DNA of 64,000 bases from NCBI GenBank assembly GCA_965231045.1, contig OZ246406.1:116295-180294 (forward strand). The letters are read 5' to 3'. The translations under genes were made by a program, and so were the position numbers. The notes under the pieces were generated by a model, which had not been told where the DNA came from, searched no databases, and was given only the letters and a program-made list of their open reading frames with translations. Below are positions 35,163 to 44,365 of this stretch, piece after piece. Position 1 is the first letter of the stretch. Each line of letters opens with the position of its first letter. The stretch is from an uncultured Candidatus Saccharibacteria bacterium (lineage in GTDB: Bacteria > Patescibacteriota > Saccharimonadia > Saccharimonadales > JAGQNJ01).

Positions 35163-36388
35163 TGATTATCAATAACATCAAGCTATCTACGCATGCTATC
35201 AAAACTTCACGATGGCGAAGCCTCTTGACTATGTTTGGGATTATTATTGGTGTGGCGTCAGTTATTACAACCGTAAGCCTTGGAGAAGGCGTCAAAACTC
35301 AGATAACCCAACAAATTAATTATCTTGGACGTGACGTAATAACCATACGCCCCGGCCAACCGGTAAAGCGAGATAACCAAGGCGGCATAACAGCCATCAA
35401 TTTTATATCGAATCTCGGCAGCAATACCTTGACTGATGAAGATTTAAAAACAATTCAAAATACCCCAGGTGTAGAAAAAGTCGTGCCACTAACGCTAATA
35501 AACGGAACGCCAACTTATGAAGGCACCGATTTTAACAAGGCGGTTACAATTTCTAGCACTAGTGATCTACCAGATATTTTGAAACACAAAATCGAATTTG
35601 GAGAATACTTCCATGCCGAGGATGAAGGCAAAAATGTCGCAGTAATTGGCTCAAAAGTAGCCCACGAACTTTTTAAAGAAAATGTACCAATTGGTAAGTC
35701 GTTTACTTTTCGCCATCAAGACTTTGTGGTTAGAGGTGTGTTTGATAATTTTGATAGTAACCCGCTTATACCGGGAGTTGATTTTAACTCAGCAATTTTC
35801 ATCCCTAACCTGACGGGCAAAACTCTCACCAATAACAGTGCTCAAATATTCCAGGTTTTTGTTAAACCCCAAGATACAAACAATGTTGATGGCGAGATTA
35901 ATAATTTGCGCTCACAATTAATGGCATCGCATGGCGGTGAAGAAGATTTCACCATTCTTACCCAAGCTGAAACACTCAGCCAAACCAATGATGTTCTGTC
36001 ACTGTTGACAAGTTTAGTTGCAAGTATTGCTGCTATTTCACTAATTGTCGGTGGAATTGGCGTTATGAATATTATGCTTGTTTCTGTAATAGAAAGAACT
36101 CACGAAATTGGTATTCGAAAAGCAATCGGTGCGACTAATCGCCAAATACTAAATGAGTTTTTGATTGAAGCCATGGTTATAAGTGTTATGGGTGGCATTG
36201 CTGGTAGCATCTTGGCTGTAATGATAAATATACTCTTGAGAATATTTACAAATCTGCAACCAGTAATTACTTGGCCAATGTTTGTAATTGCCAATGCTGT
36301 ATCGTTGGCCGTCGGGGTTATATTTGGTGTGGCACCAGCCATAAAAGCTGCCCGCAAAGACCCTATTCAAGCTCTACGTAATGAATAA
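35162..36388 (+). CDS. ABC permease, MacB/FtsX type
   Basis: TM1, then an extracytoplasmic domain of about 230 aa, then the FtsX 3-TM module with ERTHEIGIRKAIGA. It overlaps the ATPase gene by 1 nt (TAATG). Confidence 0.9.
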   Translation: MIINNIKLSTHAIKTSRWRSLLTMFGIIIGVASVITTVSLGEGVKTQITQQINYLGRDVITIRPGQPVKRDNQGGITAINFISNLGSNTLTDEDLKTIQNTPGVEKVVPLTLINGTPTYEGTDFNKAVTISSTSDLPDILKHKIEFGEYFHAEDEGKNVAVIGSKVAHELFKENVPIGKSFTFRHQDFVVRGVFDNFDSNPLIPGVDFNSAIFIPNLTGKTLTNNSAQIFQVFVKPQDTNNVDGEINNLRSQLMASHGGEEDFTILTQAETLSQTNDVLSLLTSLVASIAAISLIVGGIGVMNIMLVSVIERTHEIGIRKAIGATNRQILNEFLIEAMVISVMGGIAGSILAVMINILLRIFTNLQPVITWPMFVIANAVSLAVGVIFGVAPAIKAARKDPIQALRNE

Positions 36389-36396
36389 ATAGTTGA

Positions 36397-36636
36397 TTAC
36401 TTATACCAAACAAAACGCCAGACGCCAAAGATAATACCCAGTAGAGAAACGACACATATGGCTACGCCTATCCATAGCACTAAACTATTTATCACCTCTA
36501 TACCAATTACTGTTGAGTAAGTGCCGGTATTGATCGCATCAACAATTGCCCGGCCAGCAGCCACCAGCATCAATCCAGCCAATAGCCCAATTGCTGAGTA
36601 GACTAAGACTGAATTTCCACCGCCGGTGACTGCCAT
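36397..36636 (-). CDS. Small membrane protein (2 TM)
   Basis: 79-aa hydrophobic ORF immediately downstream of the DUF308 gene. Confidence 0.5.
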   Translation of the reverse strand: MAVTGGGNSVLVYSAIGLLAGLMLVAAGRAIVDAINTGTYSTVIGIEVINSLVLWIGVAICVVSLLGIIFGVWRFVWYK

Positions 36637-36659
36637 GTTAATTCCTTACTAAAGTTTAA

Positions 36660-37208
36660 CTAACCTTCAATAGAATGCTTTAGATCGAGTGCCAAAGCAA
36701 TCCAGATTGGGCCGGTAACAAGTGCATACAAGCCAAGTACCCATACGAATGCCACGCCACCTGCAACTGGTTGCAAGAGAACGATTACACCAACAAGTAC
36801 TGATAAACCGCCACTAATGAATAGTAGAGTTCGGTTGGTTGCAGAATACTCGTCAACAAGCGCCATGATGGCCTGGAAGACACCACGTGCAACCAGGATA
36901 AGACCTGCAATTAGCACGAAAGTTGCAAATGATGCACCTGGGTGTCGTACAAGGTACAGACCTACCCCAAGTTCAGCAATACCGAGCAACATTGTCCATA
37001 CCCAGCTGCCCTTTCGTGTTAGTTGTACGACTGATTCAACAATGCCTACAACACCACTGACGAGGATGTAGATACTGAAGATGTACACCAGTACAACTAA
37101 TGTTAATGATGGCCAAAACACGGCTGAAATTCCAAATAGAATACCAGCAATACCGCGTACAACCATTGATTCCCACATTGGTTTGAGCGCTTTTGCGTCC
37201 ATACGCAC
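36660..37208 (-). CDS. HdeD/DUF308 family membrane protein
   Basis: Repeated GxxxIxxGI-type TM pairs (VVRGIAGILFGISAVFWP...) as in the HdeD family. Confidence 0.72.
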   Translation of the reverse strand: MRMDAKALKPMWESMVVRGIAGILFGISAVFWPSLTLVVLVYIFSIYILVSGVVGIVESVVQLTRKGSWVWTMLLGIAELGVGLYLVRHPGASFATFVLIAGLILVARGVFQAIMALVDEYSATNRTLLFISGGLSVLVGVIVLLQPVAGGVAFVWVLGLYALVTGPIWIALALDLKHSIEG

Positions 37209-37305
37209 CTCCTTTTATTGATACATATATTTATAGGCTTCTTTTGCAATTTCGTCAAATGCCCCTTTTCATTTGAAAAGTACAAGATAAATAATACGGG
37301 GTGGT

Positions 37306-38055
37306 CTATACGTCAGATCTTATCTGCTCTTCAGCTCGAGGAAGCCACTCTGTTACAAGAAAATGTTTTTCTCGGGCCATACCTTTTTCTTGAAGTCTGG
37401 TTACTGTTCCGTGATTTCGCCATTCGCGACGCATCTTGCGAGTTACCCTAAATCGATCACGACCGATTCGAAGTCGTTGAATATCCTCTTGTGAGGCAAT
37501 GTCATATGGTGGCAAACCGTCCTTGCCAACTATTTTGTCCATCCAATGGAATGTGGCTCCAGCATAAGGTAATCGTTGACGCATTATTTCTTTATGAGCT
37601 TCTTCACCGTATTTTCCGGCTGTTGCAGGTAACGGTGCTGGATGAAGATTGGCGATGTCTATTTGTTCAAGTACAGAGCCGATGACTAACTTAAGGTATC
37701 CAAGCCCAACGTACATATGAAGTCCCCTGTCATCGGCAAGACTTACTAATTTATCACTTACCTCTCGGCTTATGGCTCCTCTTACAGGGACCATGATATT
37801 TCCATCCTCATAAGGGACTTTCGGCACAGTGCAGTGGCCAGTACGGGCTTCTTCGGTAACGTTTGAGACATGAATAATTGGTATATGTAGTCGGCGAGCT
37901 CGTTCCCAAACACCTGGATCATTTTTTTCGCTCCAGTTACAGACTACAAGACCAATTTCGGTATTTGGTAATTCCCCAGCATCGATTGCGTTCTGGACAT
38001 GCTCAAACGTGCTTCCTCCACCACTTGCCAGTACTCCTAGTCTAATATCTTGCAT
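37306..38055 (-). CDS. Formyltransferase-fold protein (PurN-like) with a C-terminal extension
   Basis: GVLASGGGSTFEHV... and IANLHPAPLP (the N-x-H-P catalytic stretch) and GATFHWMD...DGLPPYD parallel the PurN segments SGNGSNLQ, NIHPSLLP and GCTVHFV..D.GPII. Confidence 0.65.
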   Translation of the reverse strand: MQDIRLGVLASGGGSTFEHVQNAIDAGELPNTEIGLVVCNWSEKNDPGVWERARRLHIPIIHVSNVTEEARTGHCTVPKVPYEDGNIMVPVRGAISREVSDKLVSLADDRGLHMYVGLGYLKLVIGSVLEQIDIANLHPAPLPATAGKYGEEAHKEIMRQRLPYAGATFHWMDKIVGKDGLPPYDIASQEDIQRLRIGRDRFRVTRKMRREWRNHGTVTRLQEKGMAREKHFLVTEWLPRAEEQIRSDV

Positions 38056-38149
38056 AACTCTCCTTAACTATCACATTCTCTCAATTAGGGTAGCAAGACA
38101 CAAGCACTAGCAAAATCAATTAAATACTATAAAATTAGGGATAAATTCT

Positions 38150-38177
38150 TTGACTGATTTAGCCCTTATGCTAAACT
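38150..38177 (+). promoter_or_regulatory. Sigma70-type promoter for the giant-protein operon: TTGACT, 16-nt spacer, TGcTAAACT
   Basis: TTGACT at 38150-38155 and TAAACT at 38172-38177 with an upstream TG. A GAGGGAA Shine-Dalgarno-like sequence lies before the ATG at 38214. Confidence 0.45.
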
Positions 38178-38213
38178 GTTAATAACACGAAGTGAGGGAA
38201 CTAAACACAAAAT

Positions 38214-41200
38214 ATGAGTGTTGTACGTGTCATTGCCAAAAAAACTAGAACACACGTCAAAAAAATACGAAAAAAGACGCGACCTCTATTAGTCTCTCTT
38301 AATAAATCTCTCAAGAAAAATCTAAAAATACTGGCAAAACAGGTAAAAAAAATCACTATTGTTGGCGCCCTAACTTTGCACAGATTGGCCAAGTTTACAC
38401 ATCACCACGTAGCTACAAGGCCACATCAACACCTATCTAATAAATACAAATGGTACCGCGATTGGCATGAATGGCCGCACTCAAAGCGCGTACATGCTAT
38501 TGCACTAAGCATGTATATTCTTTTCATCGCGTCTTTGATCATATCGAGCTATAGGCTGACATTTGCTTCTGATTTGAACAGTACTTGGGATTTTTCAACA
38601 CCATCAAACTACACTTACGACAATGGTATTGAGCTTAACGGTAGCCTATCAAGGCTAAAAGCTCAAAACTACAGTAGTGATGCTAATACGTCGGCGCTAT
38701 ATCATCTTGATGAATCAAACGGCACGGCAGCTAGTGATTCATCTTCAAACAACAATACGGCAACTACTTCTGGATCACCAACTTTTGGTACGGGCAATCT
38801 AAACAATGCCTTAAGTTTTAACGGTACTACACAGAATGCGAGTGCGCCAGACTCCACTAGCCTATCGTTAAGCCAACAAAACTCGCTTGAAGCCTGGACC
38901 AAGTTTAACAGTAGTTTTAGTGCTGGGTCACATGACCAAAAGCAAGGAATTCTAGACAAAGGTGCCTACAAACTTTACTACGACCAAGAGACCGGAAAAG
39001 TTACCTATGAGCTAGCCAACAGTACGGCAACTGCATGGTCACAACAAGCTGGTAACGATATAAACGGGAGTTGGGATCTAAATGGTAAATTTGCGGTAAA
39101 TGCTCAACAGTATGTAAACGGTAAACTCTACGTTGGTTTAGGTAATGCTGTTGGTGATGCTGAAGTGTGGAGTTGGGACGGCACTAGCTGGTCACAAGTC
39201 GGCGGTGACGGGAAAAACAGTAGCTGGGCAGATCAAACTTATGAAAACGTCGATACATTAAATTTCAATGGGAACACTTTGTATGCTGGGCTTGGCTCAA
39301 GTACAGGTGATGCCGAAGTATGGAGTTGTGATACATCAACAAGCTGTGCAACCTGGACGAAAATCGGTGGAGACGGAATTAACTCGGGATGGGCTGTTAA
39401 CACCTATGAAGACGTGACAAGTATGACGGTAATGAGCGGCACTCTATATGTTGGACTGGGGACGACAGCCAATGATGCTGAAGTTTGGAGATGGAATGGA
39501 TCGGCCTGGACGAAAATCGGTGGGGATAGCATCAATAGCGGCTGGACGACTAATTATGAATCTGTGTATAGCCTGACAAATGATGGAACCAATGTTTACG
39601 CTGGGCTTGGCTTGACTGCCGGTGATGCTGAAGTTTGGAAATGGAACGGATCTGCCTGGTCTAAAATCGGTGGTGATGCTGTCAACTCTAGCTGGGCAGA
39701 TGTTACTTATGAAGAAGTGATAAGCATGCGTTACTTCGGAGGTAATCTATACGCTGGAATTGGATTGACTGCTGGCGACGCTGAAGTTTGGAGTTGGAAT
39801 GGGACGACATGGACTAAAATTGGGGGTGATACTCTTAACTCATCTTGGGATAGCGTTTCATATGAAGGCGTTTATAGCTTAGCCGATGATGGCACTAACC
39901 TCTATGCCGGGCTTGGCTCAACGGCTGGGGATAATGAAGTCTGGAAATGGAACGGATCGGCGTGGTCTAAAATCGGTGGTGATGCTGTAAATAGTGGATT
40001 CACGAACACACACACGATTGTTCAGTCGCTAGTGTATGCCAACAGTACTCTGTACGCTGGGCTTCAGGCTACAGCCAATAACTCTGAAGTCTGGTCATTT
40101 AACGGTACTTCCTGGACCCGTATAGGTGGTGGCGGAATTAATAAAAGCTGGGGCTATTTCAACCTGCAAAACGTTGAGAGTATGACCAGGTCCGGCGACT
40201 ACCTTTATGCGGGCACCGGTTATACCGTAGCCGGGAATGCTCTGATTTGGAGATTTGATGGTACTAGCTGGCAGCTAGTGGGCGGTCAAGGCGTTAATAG
40301 TAGCTGGTCGGCCACCACATACGAAGATGTTATGAGTATGACTAGTTTTGGCGGCAATCTGTACGTTGGCTTAGGTACAACCGCTAATGACGCTGAAGTT
40401 TGGAAATATAATGGGAGTACTTGGACGCAGATTGGGGGTGATAGTCTTAACAGTGGCTGGGGTGCAGGTTATGAAGAGGTCTACTCTATGGCTGTCTATG
40501 GTGGAAATCTTTATGCTGGATTGGGAAACTCGGCCAATGATGCTGAAGTCTGGAAATGGAACGGCACAACTTGGACAAAAATTGGGGGCGATAGCCTTAA
40601 CAGTGGCTGGACAACTAATTTTGAAAGAGTAAGTAGCTTGGCGGTATATGGAGGAGATTTGTATGCAGGTCTTGGTGCTTCAACTACCGACGCTGAAGTC
40701 TGGAAATGGAACGGTTCGGTTTGGAGCAAGATTGGCGGTGACGGTGTTAGCTCTAGCTGGAATGTCAATTATGAACAAGTTGAGACTTTGTCGGTATATA
40801 ATGGCAAGCTTTATGCGGGTCTTGGAAATAGCACTGCAGATGCAGAAGTTTGGGAGTATAACGGTACGGCATGGTCGCAAATTGGGGGTGACGGTCTTAA
40901 CAGTGGCTGGGCAGATGGTCAGTACGAGCAAGTAAAATCAATAGCCGTCTATAATGGCAAGCTTTATGTTGGTCTTGGAAACACGGCTGGAGATGGTGAG
41001 GTTTGGGTTTATGAAAATGGTGTTTGGGCCAAGAGTGCTGGTGGTGGCACCAATTCAAGTTGGGTAGCTAATACTATAGAAACTGTACAGACTTTGTGCG
41101 TATTCCGCGGGAAACTTTACGCCGGCCTTGGAAATACTGCCAACTCAGATGCCCAAGTTTGGTCTCTTGGCAATAATGGTTTTCTGCAATCTGCTTCTAC

Positions 41201-44200
41201 TTCACAGGACACTGGTTGGCATCATATTGCTGCGACGTACGACGGTACGACTATGAAAATATATATAGATGGGGCTCTCAATAGTTCGACAAATACTTCC
41301 CTCTCCATGCCAGATACAACCCAACCGTTATTACTTGGTTCGACTTATGGTGGTGGTAGTCCAGAATCAGGCTGGGCCCAGGGATACTTTACGGGAAGTC
41401 TTGATGAGATTCGAATAAGTAATACTGCAAGAAATAGCTTTACTTCAAAGCCGTATGTATCAACAGCACAAAGCATTACCTTAAATACTAACTCTTTAAC
41501 ACAAGGAGTTAAGTCACTTGATAGTTTCTCAGCAAGCGAAAGCCCAAATGGAGGGACCATAACGTATCGTTTGAGCGACGATGGCGGTAGTACTTGGAAA
41601 TATTGGAACGGATCCGCATGGGCGACGTCATCAAGTACTAATGAATCAAATGCCGCATCGGTTATTAACACCAACATACCAACCTTCCCAGTTACATTTT
41701 ATGGCTTACGTTGGCAGGCAATATTTACGGGTAGTGGTTCGCAGCAAGTTACTCTTAATTCGGTAACCGTACTGGCTACATCTGACAATATTGAGCCAAG
41801 TACGAATGCTAGCAGTATACTGGCATACAAAACTAACGGCGGCACAGCCCTTAACTCCAATGATTGGACGAATGGTGGCTCTCCGTACTTCACATGGACG
41901 GCAGGTAGCGATGCGGAATCCGGCATTTATGGCTATTGTCTTTATCTTGGCCAAGATAATACAGCTGACCCAATAACGACCAAGGGCCTACTCGGTACTA
42001 GCCCTACATATACCGGTAGTCATTGCCAATTCTTGGTTACTTCGGCTAGTGTTGACCTGGCGACATCAGGATACCTTGGCACGGCCATGACTACTTCAAA
42101 TACGCCGTACTATTTGCGAATAAAAGCCATCGATAAAGCTGGAAATGTCTATAGCACGAGTGCTGCACAGTTCCAGTTTAGATTTGATAATACGCCACCA
42201 ACAAATCCGGGATACATTACTGCCCCATCAGGATTTATTAACACTAAAAATGCCACGTTATCATGGCCGACAGTTGGCGGTCAGGCTCCTGCAGATGGTG
42301 CATCAGGGGTTGCCGGCCTTCAGTATCGCGTTAATAACTCACTTTGGTATGGCGATAGTCATACCGGCGCTGGTGACATCAATGATCTGCTTACAAATGA
42401 TGGTAGTTATAACACGACCGATCCGCCAGACTTCGGTAACTTAACAGAGGGTATCAATACAATATACTTTAGAACTTGGGATCAGGCAGGAAACGTTACT
42501 ACTAGCTACATTACTGCTGCCTTAAAGGTAAACACTTCTGGCGCACCTTCTGAGCCGCAAAATGTACTTGTAAATCCATCAACCAATACAGCCAACTCAT
42601 TTGCCTTTAGCTGGGATGCTCCGGTTACTTATGTTGGTGACGTCAGTAACATAACCTACTGCTACACAATTAATGTTCTGCCATCGGAAAGCAACTGTAC
42701 TTATACTAGCCCTGGCATACGTAGCTTAGGGGCGGGCCCCTATGCTACTCAACCCGGATCAAATACTTTCTACGTAGTTGCCAGGGATGAATCCAGCAAC
42801 ATCAACTATTCTAGTTATGCGACTACGACATTTACGGCAAATACGCCATCTCCTGGTATTCCGACAAACACAGATATTGTTGACGTGTCTATAAAAGCTA
42901 CCAGCAATTGGCGATTGGCGCTAACTTGGGAACCACCGGCAAATCCTGGGGCCGGAATTAGCAATTATAAAGTCTATCGATCAACGAACTTAAACGGTAG
43001 CTTTAGCTTTGTAGGAAGCAGTAGTAGCACAACTTATATCGATGCTGGTTTGAGTCCGCAGACCTATTATTACCGCGTACGCGCTTGTGATAGTACAAAC
43101 AATTGTAGTGCCGACGGTACGACTGTATCGATGCTGCCTACAGGTAAATTTACGTCACCTGCCAATCTGACTAGTGAGCCTCAAGTTTCTGGCGTTACTA
43201 CTAAGCGATCTAAGATCACATGGTCAACGGATCGCACTAGCGATTCAAAAGTCGCCATTGGTACATCAAGCGGCAAATATAGTGCTTCAGAAGTTGGAAA
43301 TTCCGATCAAGTTACGAGCCATAGTATCGATTTAGATAACCTAGCTGCGGGGACTACCTACTACTTTGTCGTCAAATGGACCGATGAAGACGGTAATACC
43401 GGAACCAGCCAAGAGTATAGCTTTACGACATCCCCTGCACCGGTCGTGAAAGAAATAAATGCGGTCAAGATCGGCTTAACAACGACGACTCTGCAGTTCA
43501 CTTCCAAGGGGGCCAATAAGATTAATGTTTACTATGGCCTAAGTGAATCTTATGGCGGCCTGGTTACTATCAACACCTCACAAGCCGAATCAACGTATAA
43601 TGTAGAATTAAGTGGCCTAAGCGACGGCTCAAAATACTTCTATAAGCTAAGTGCCTTTGATAGCGAAGGTACTGAATATCAGGGCAATGTATTGTCATTT
43701 ACTACCCCTGCCCGACCACACATATCCGACCTAAGGTTCCAGCCCGTCAGTGGTGAGCCAACTAGTACGCAAAAAGTCACCTGGTCCACTAACGTACCAG
43801 CTTCATCGACAATTACTTATGGAAAAGTTAACACTAACGGAATTGACGTTCAGGACTCTACCCTTGCAACCAGCCATGAAATAACGATAAGAGGCCTTGA
43901 GGATGACAGCGAATACTTCTTGCTTGCCCAAAGTCGTGACAAGGATGGTAACTTGGCTGTGTCCGACAAACAGGTCTTTAAGACAGCTCTTGATACTCGA
44001 CCACCGAAAGTTTCGGACATTAACGTTGAGCCATCGATTCGGGGGCTTGGAGCTGAAGCGCGTGGACAAGTTATTGTGTCGTGGAAGACCGACGAGCCAT
44101 CATCAAGCCAAGTTGCCTACGGCGAAGGTTCAAATGCCAAAGTCTTTAATAGCAAAACGACCGAAGATACTAGCTTGACCACTGAACATATAGTTGTTGT

Positions 44201-44363
44201 TTCGGACTTGCCTACTTCAAAGGTCTACAGCCTGGCTCCTGTGTCACGCGATAAGGCCGGAAACACAGGGAACGGAGAACCACAGTCGGCAATTATTGGT
44301 CGAGGTAGTGAAAGCGTGCTGACGATAATTCTTAATACATTACAGAAAGTGTTTGGGTTGTAG
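38214..44363 (+). CDS. Giant (2049 aa) N-terminally anchored surface protein: split LamG-like domain, 14 blade repeats, FN3-like modules
   Basis: Lys-rich N-terminus and a TM segment near aa 94-113 (HAIALSMYILFIASLIISSY). LamG-like halves lie at aa ~150-270 and ~989-1075 (WHHIAATYDGTTMKIYIDG...GSLDEIRISN). Fourteen repeats occupy aa 275-988. FN3-like modules follow, for example SNYKVYRS...YYYRVRACD. Four tandem modules of about 92 aa occupy aa ~1650-2025. Confidence 0.9.
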   Translation: MSVVRVIAKKTRTHVKKIRKKTRPLLVSLNKSLKKNLKILAKQVKKITIVGALTLHRLAKFTHHHVATRPHQHLSNKYKWYRDWHEWPHSKRVHAIALSMYILFIASLIISSYRLTFASDLNSTWDFSTPSNYTYDNGIELNGSLSRLKAQNYSSDANTSALYHLDESNGTAASDSSSNNNTATTSGSPTFGTGNLNNALSFNGTTQNASAPDSTSLSLSQQNSLEAWTKFNSSFSAGSHDQKQGILDKGAYKLYYDQETGKVTYELANSTATAWSQQAGNDINGSWDLNGKFAVNAQQYVNGKLYVGLGNAVGDAEVWSWDGTSWSQVGGDGKNSSWADQTYENVDTLNFNGNTLYAGLGSSTGDAEVWSCDTSTSCATWTKIGGDGINSGWAVNTYEDVTSMTVMSGTLYVGLGTTANDAEVWRWNGSAWTKIGGDSINSGWTTNYESVYSLTNDGTNVYAGLGLTAGDAEVWKWNGSAWSKIGGDAVNSSWADVTYEEVISMRYFGGNLYAGIGLTAGDAEVWSWNGTTWTKIGGDTLNSSWDSVSYEGVYSLADDGTNLYAGLGSTAGDNEVWKWNGSAWSKIGGDAVNSGFTNTHTIVQSLVYANSTLYAGLQATANNSEVWSFNGTSWTRIGGGGINKSWGYFNLQNVESMTRSGDYLYAGTGYTVAGNALIWRFDGTSWQLVGGQGVNSSWSATTYEDVMSMTSFGGNLYVGLGTTANDAEVWKYNGSTWTQIGGDSLNSGWGAGYEEVYSMAVYGGNLYAGLGNSANDAEVWKWNGTTWTKIGGDSLNSGWTTNFERVSSLAVYGGDLYAGLGASTTDAEVWKWNGSVWSKIGGDGVSSSWNVNYEQVETLSVYNGKLYAGLGNSTADAEVWEYNGTAWSQIGGDGLNSGWADGQYEQVKSIAVYNGKLYVGLGNTAGDGEVWVYENGVWAKSAGGGTNSSWVANTIETVQTLCVFRGKLYAGLGNTANSDAQVWSLGNNGFLQSASTSQDTGWHHIAATYDGTTMKIYIDGALNSSTNTSLSMPDTTQPLLLGSTYGGGSPESGWAQGYFTGSLDEIRISNTARNSFTSKPYVSTAQSITLNTNSLTQGVKSLDSFSASESPNGGTITYRLSDDGGSTWKYWNGSAWATSSSTNESNAASVINTNIPTFPVTFYGLRWQAIFTGSGSQQVTLNSVTVLATSDNIEPSTNASSILAYKTNGGTALNSNDWTNGGSPYFTWTAGSDAESGIYGYCLYLGQDNTADPITTKGLLGTSPTYTGSHCQFLVTSASVDLATSGYLGTAMTTSNTPYYLRIKAIDKAGNVYSTSAAQFQFRFDNTPPTNPGYITAPSGFINTKNATLSWPTVGGQAPADGASGVAGLQYRVNNSLWYGDSHTGAGDINDLLTNDGSYNTTDPPDFGNLTEGINTIYFRTWDQAGNVTTSYITAALKVNTSGAPSEPQNVLVNPSTNTANSFAFSWDAPVTYVGDVSNITYCYTINVLPSESNCTYTSPGIRSLGAGPYATQPGSNTFYVVARDESSNINYSSYATTTFTANTPSPGIPTNTDIVDVSIKATSNWRLALTWEPPANPGAGISNYKVYRSTNLNGSFSFVGSSSSTTYIDAGLSPQTYYYRVRACDSTNNCSADGTTVSMLPTGKFTSPANLTSEPQVSGVTTKRSKITWSTDRTSDSKVAIGTSSGKYSASEVGNSDQVTSHSIDLDNLAAGTTYYFVVKWTDEDGNTGTSQEYSFTTSPAPVVKEINAVKIGLTTTTLQFTSKGANKINVYYGLSESYGGLVTINTSQAESTYNVELSGLSDGSKYFYKLSAFDSEGTEYQGNVLSFTTPARPHISDLRFQPVSGEPTSTQKVTWSTNVPASSTITYGKVNTNGIDVQDSTLATSHEITIRGLEDDSEYFLLAQSRDKDGNLAVSDKQVFKTALDTRPPKVSDINVEPSIRGLGAEARGQVIVSWKTDEPSSSQVAYGEGSNAKVFNSKTTEDTSLTTEHIVVVSDLPTSKVYSLAPVSRDKAGNTGNGEPQSAIIGRGSESVLTIILNTLQKVFGL
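39036..41177 (+). repeat. 14 tandem coding repeats, period ~150-165 nt (50-55 aa)
   Basis: The recurring pattern is LYAGLGxxxGDAEVWxWNGxxWxxIGGDxxNSxWxxxxYExVxS. The GDAEVW-equivalent positions fall at aa 314, 365, 420, 470, 521, 572, 622, 674, 725, 775, 825, 875, 926 and 978. Confidence 0.92.
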
Positions 44364-44365
44364 CA

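Noticed and set aside
40387-40935. Several 81-95-aa ORFs on both strands inside the giant gene, and others at 41345-41976 and 43803-44178.
   Set aside because: They lie in alternative frames of a clearly coding, repeat-rich gene. Their own periodic sequences simply mirror the 150-nt repeat. There is no independent support for them.
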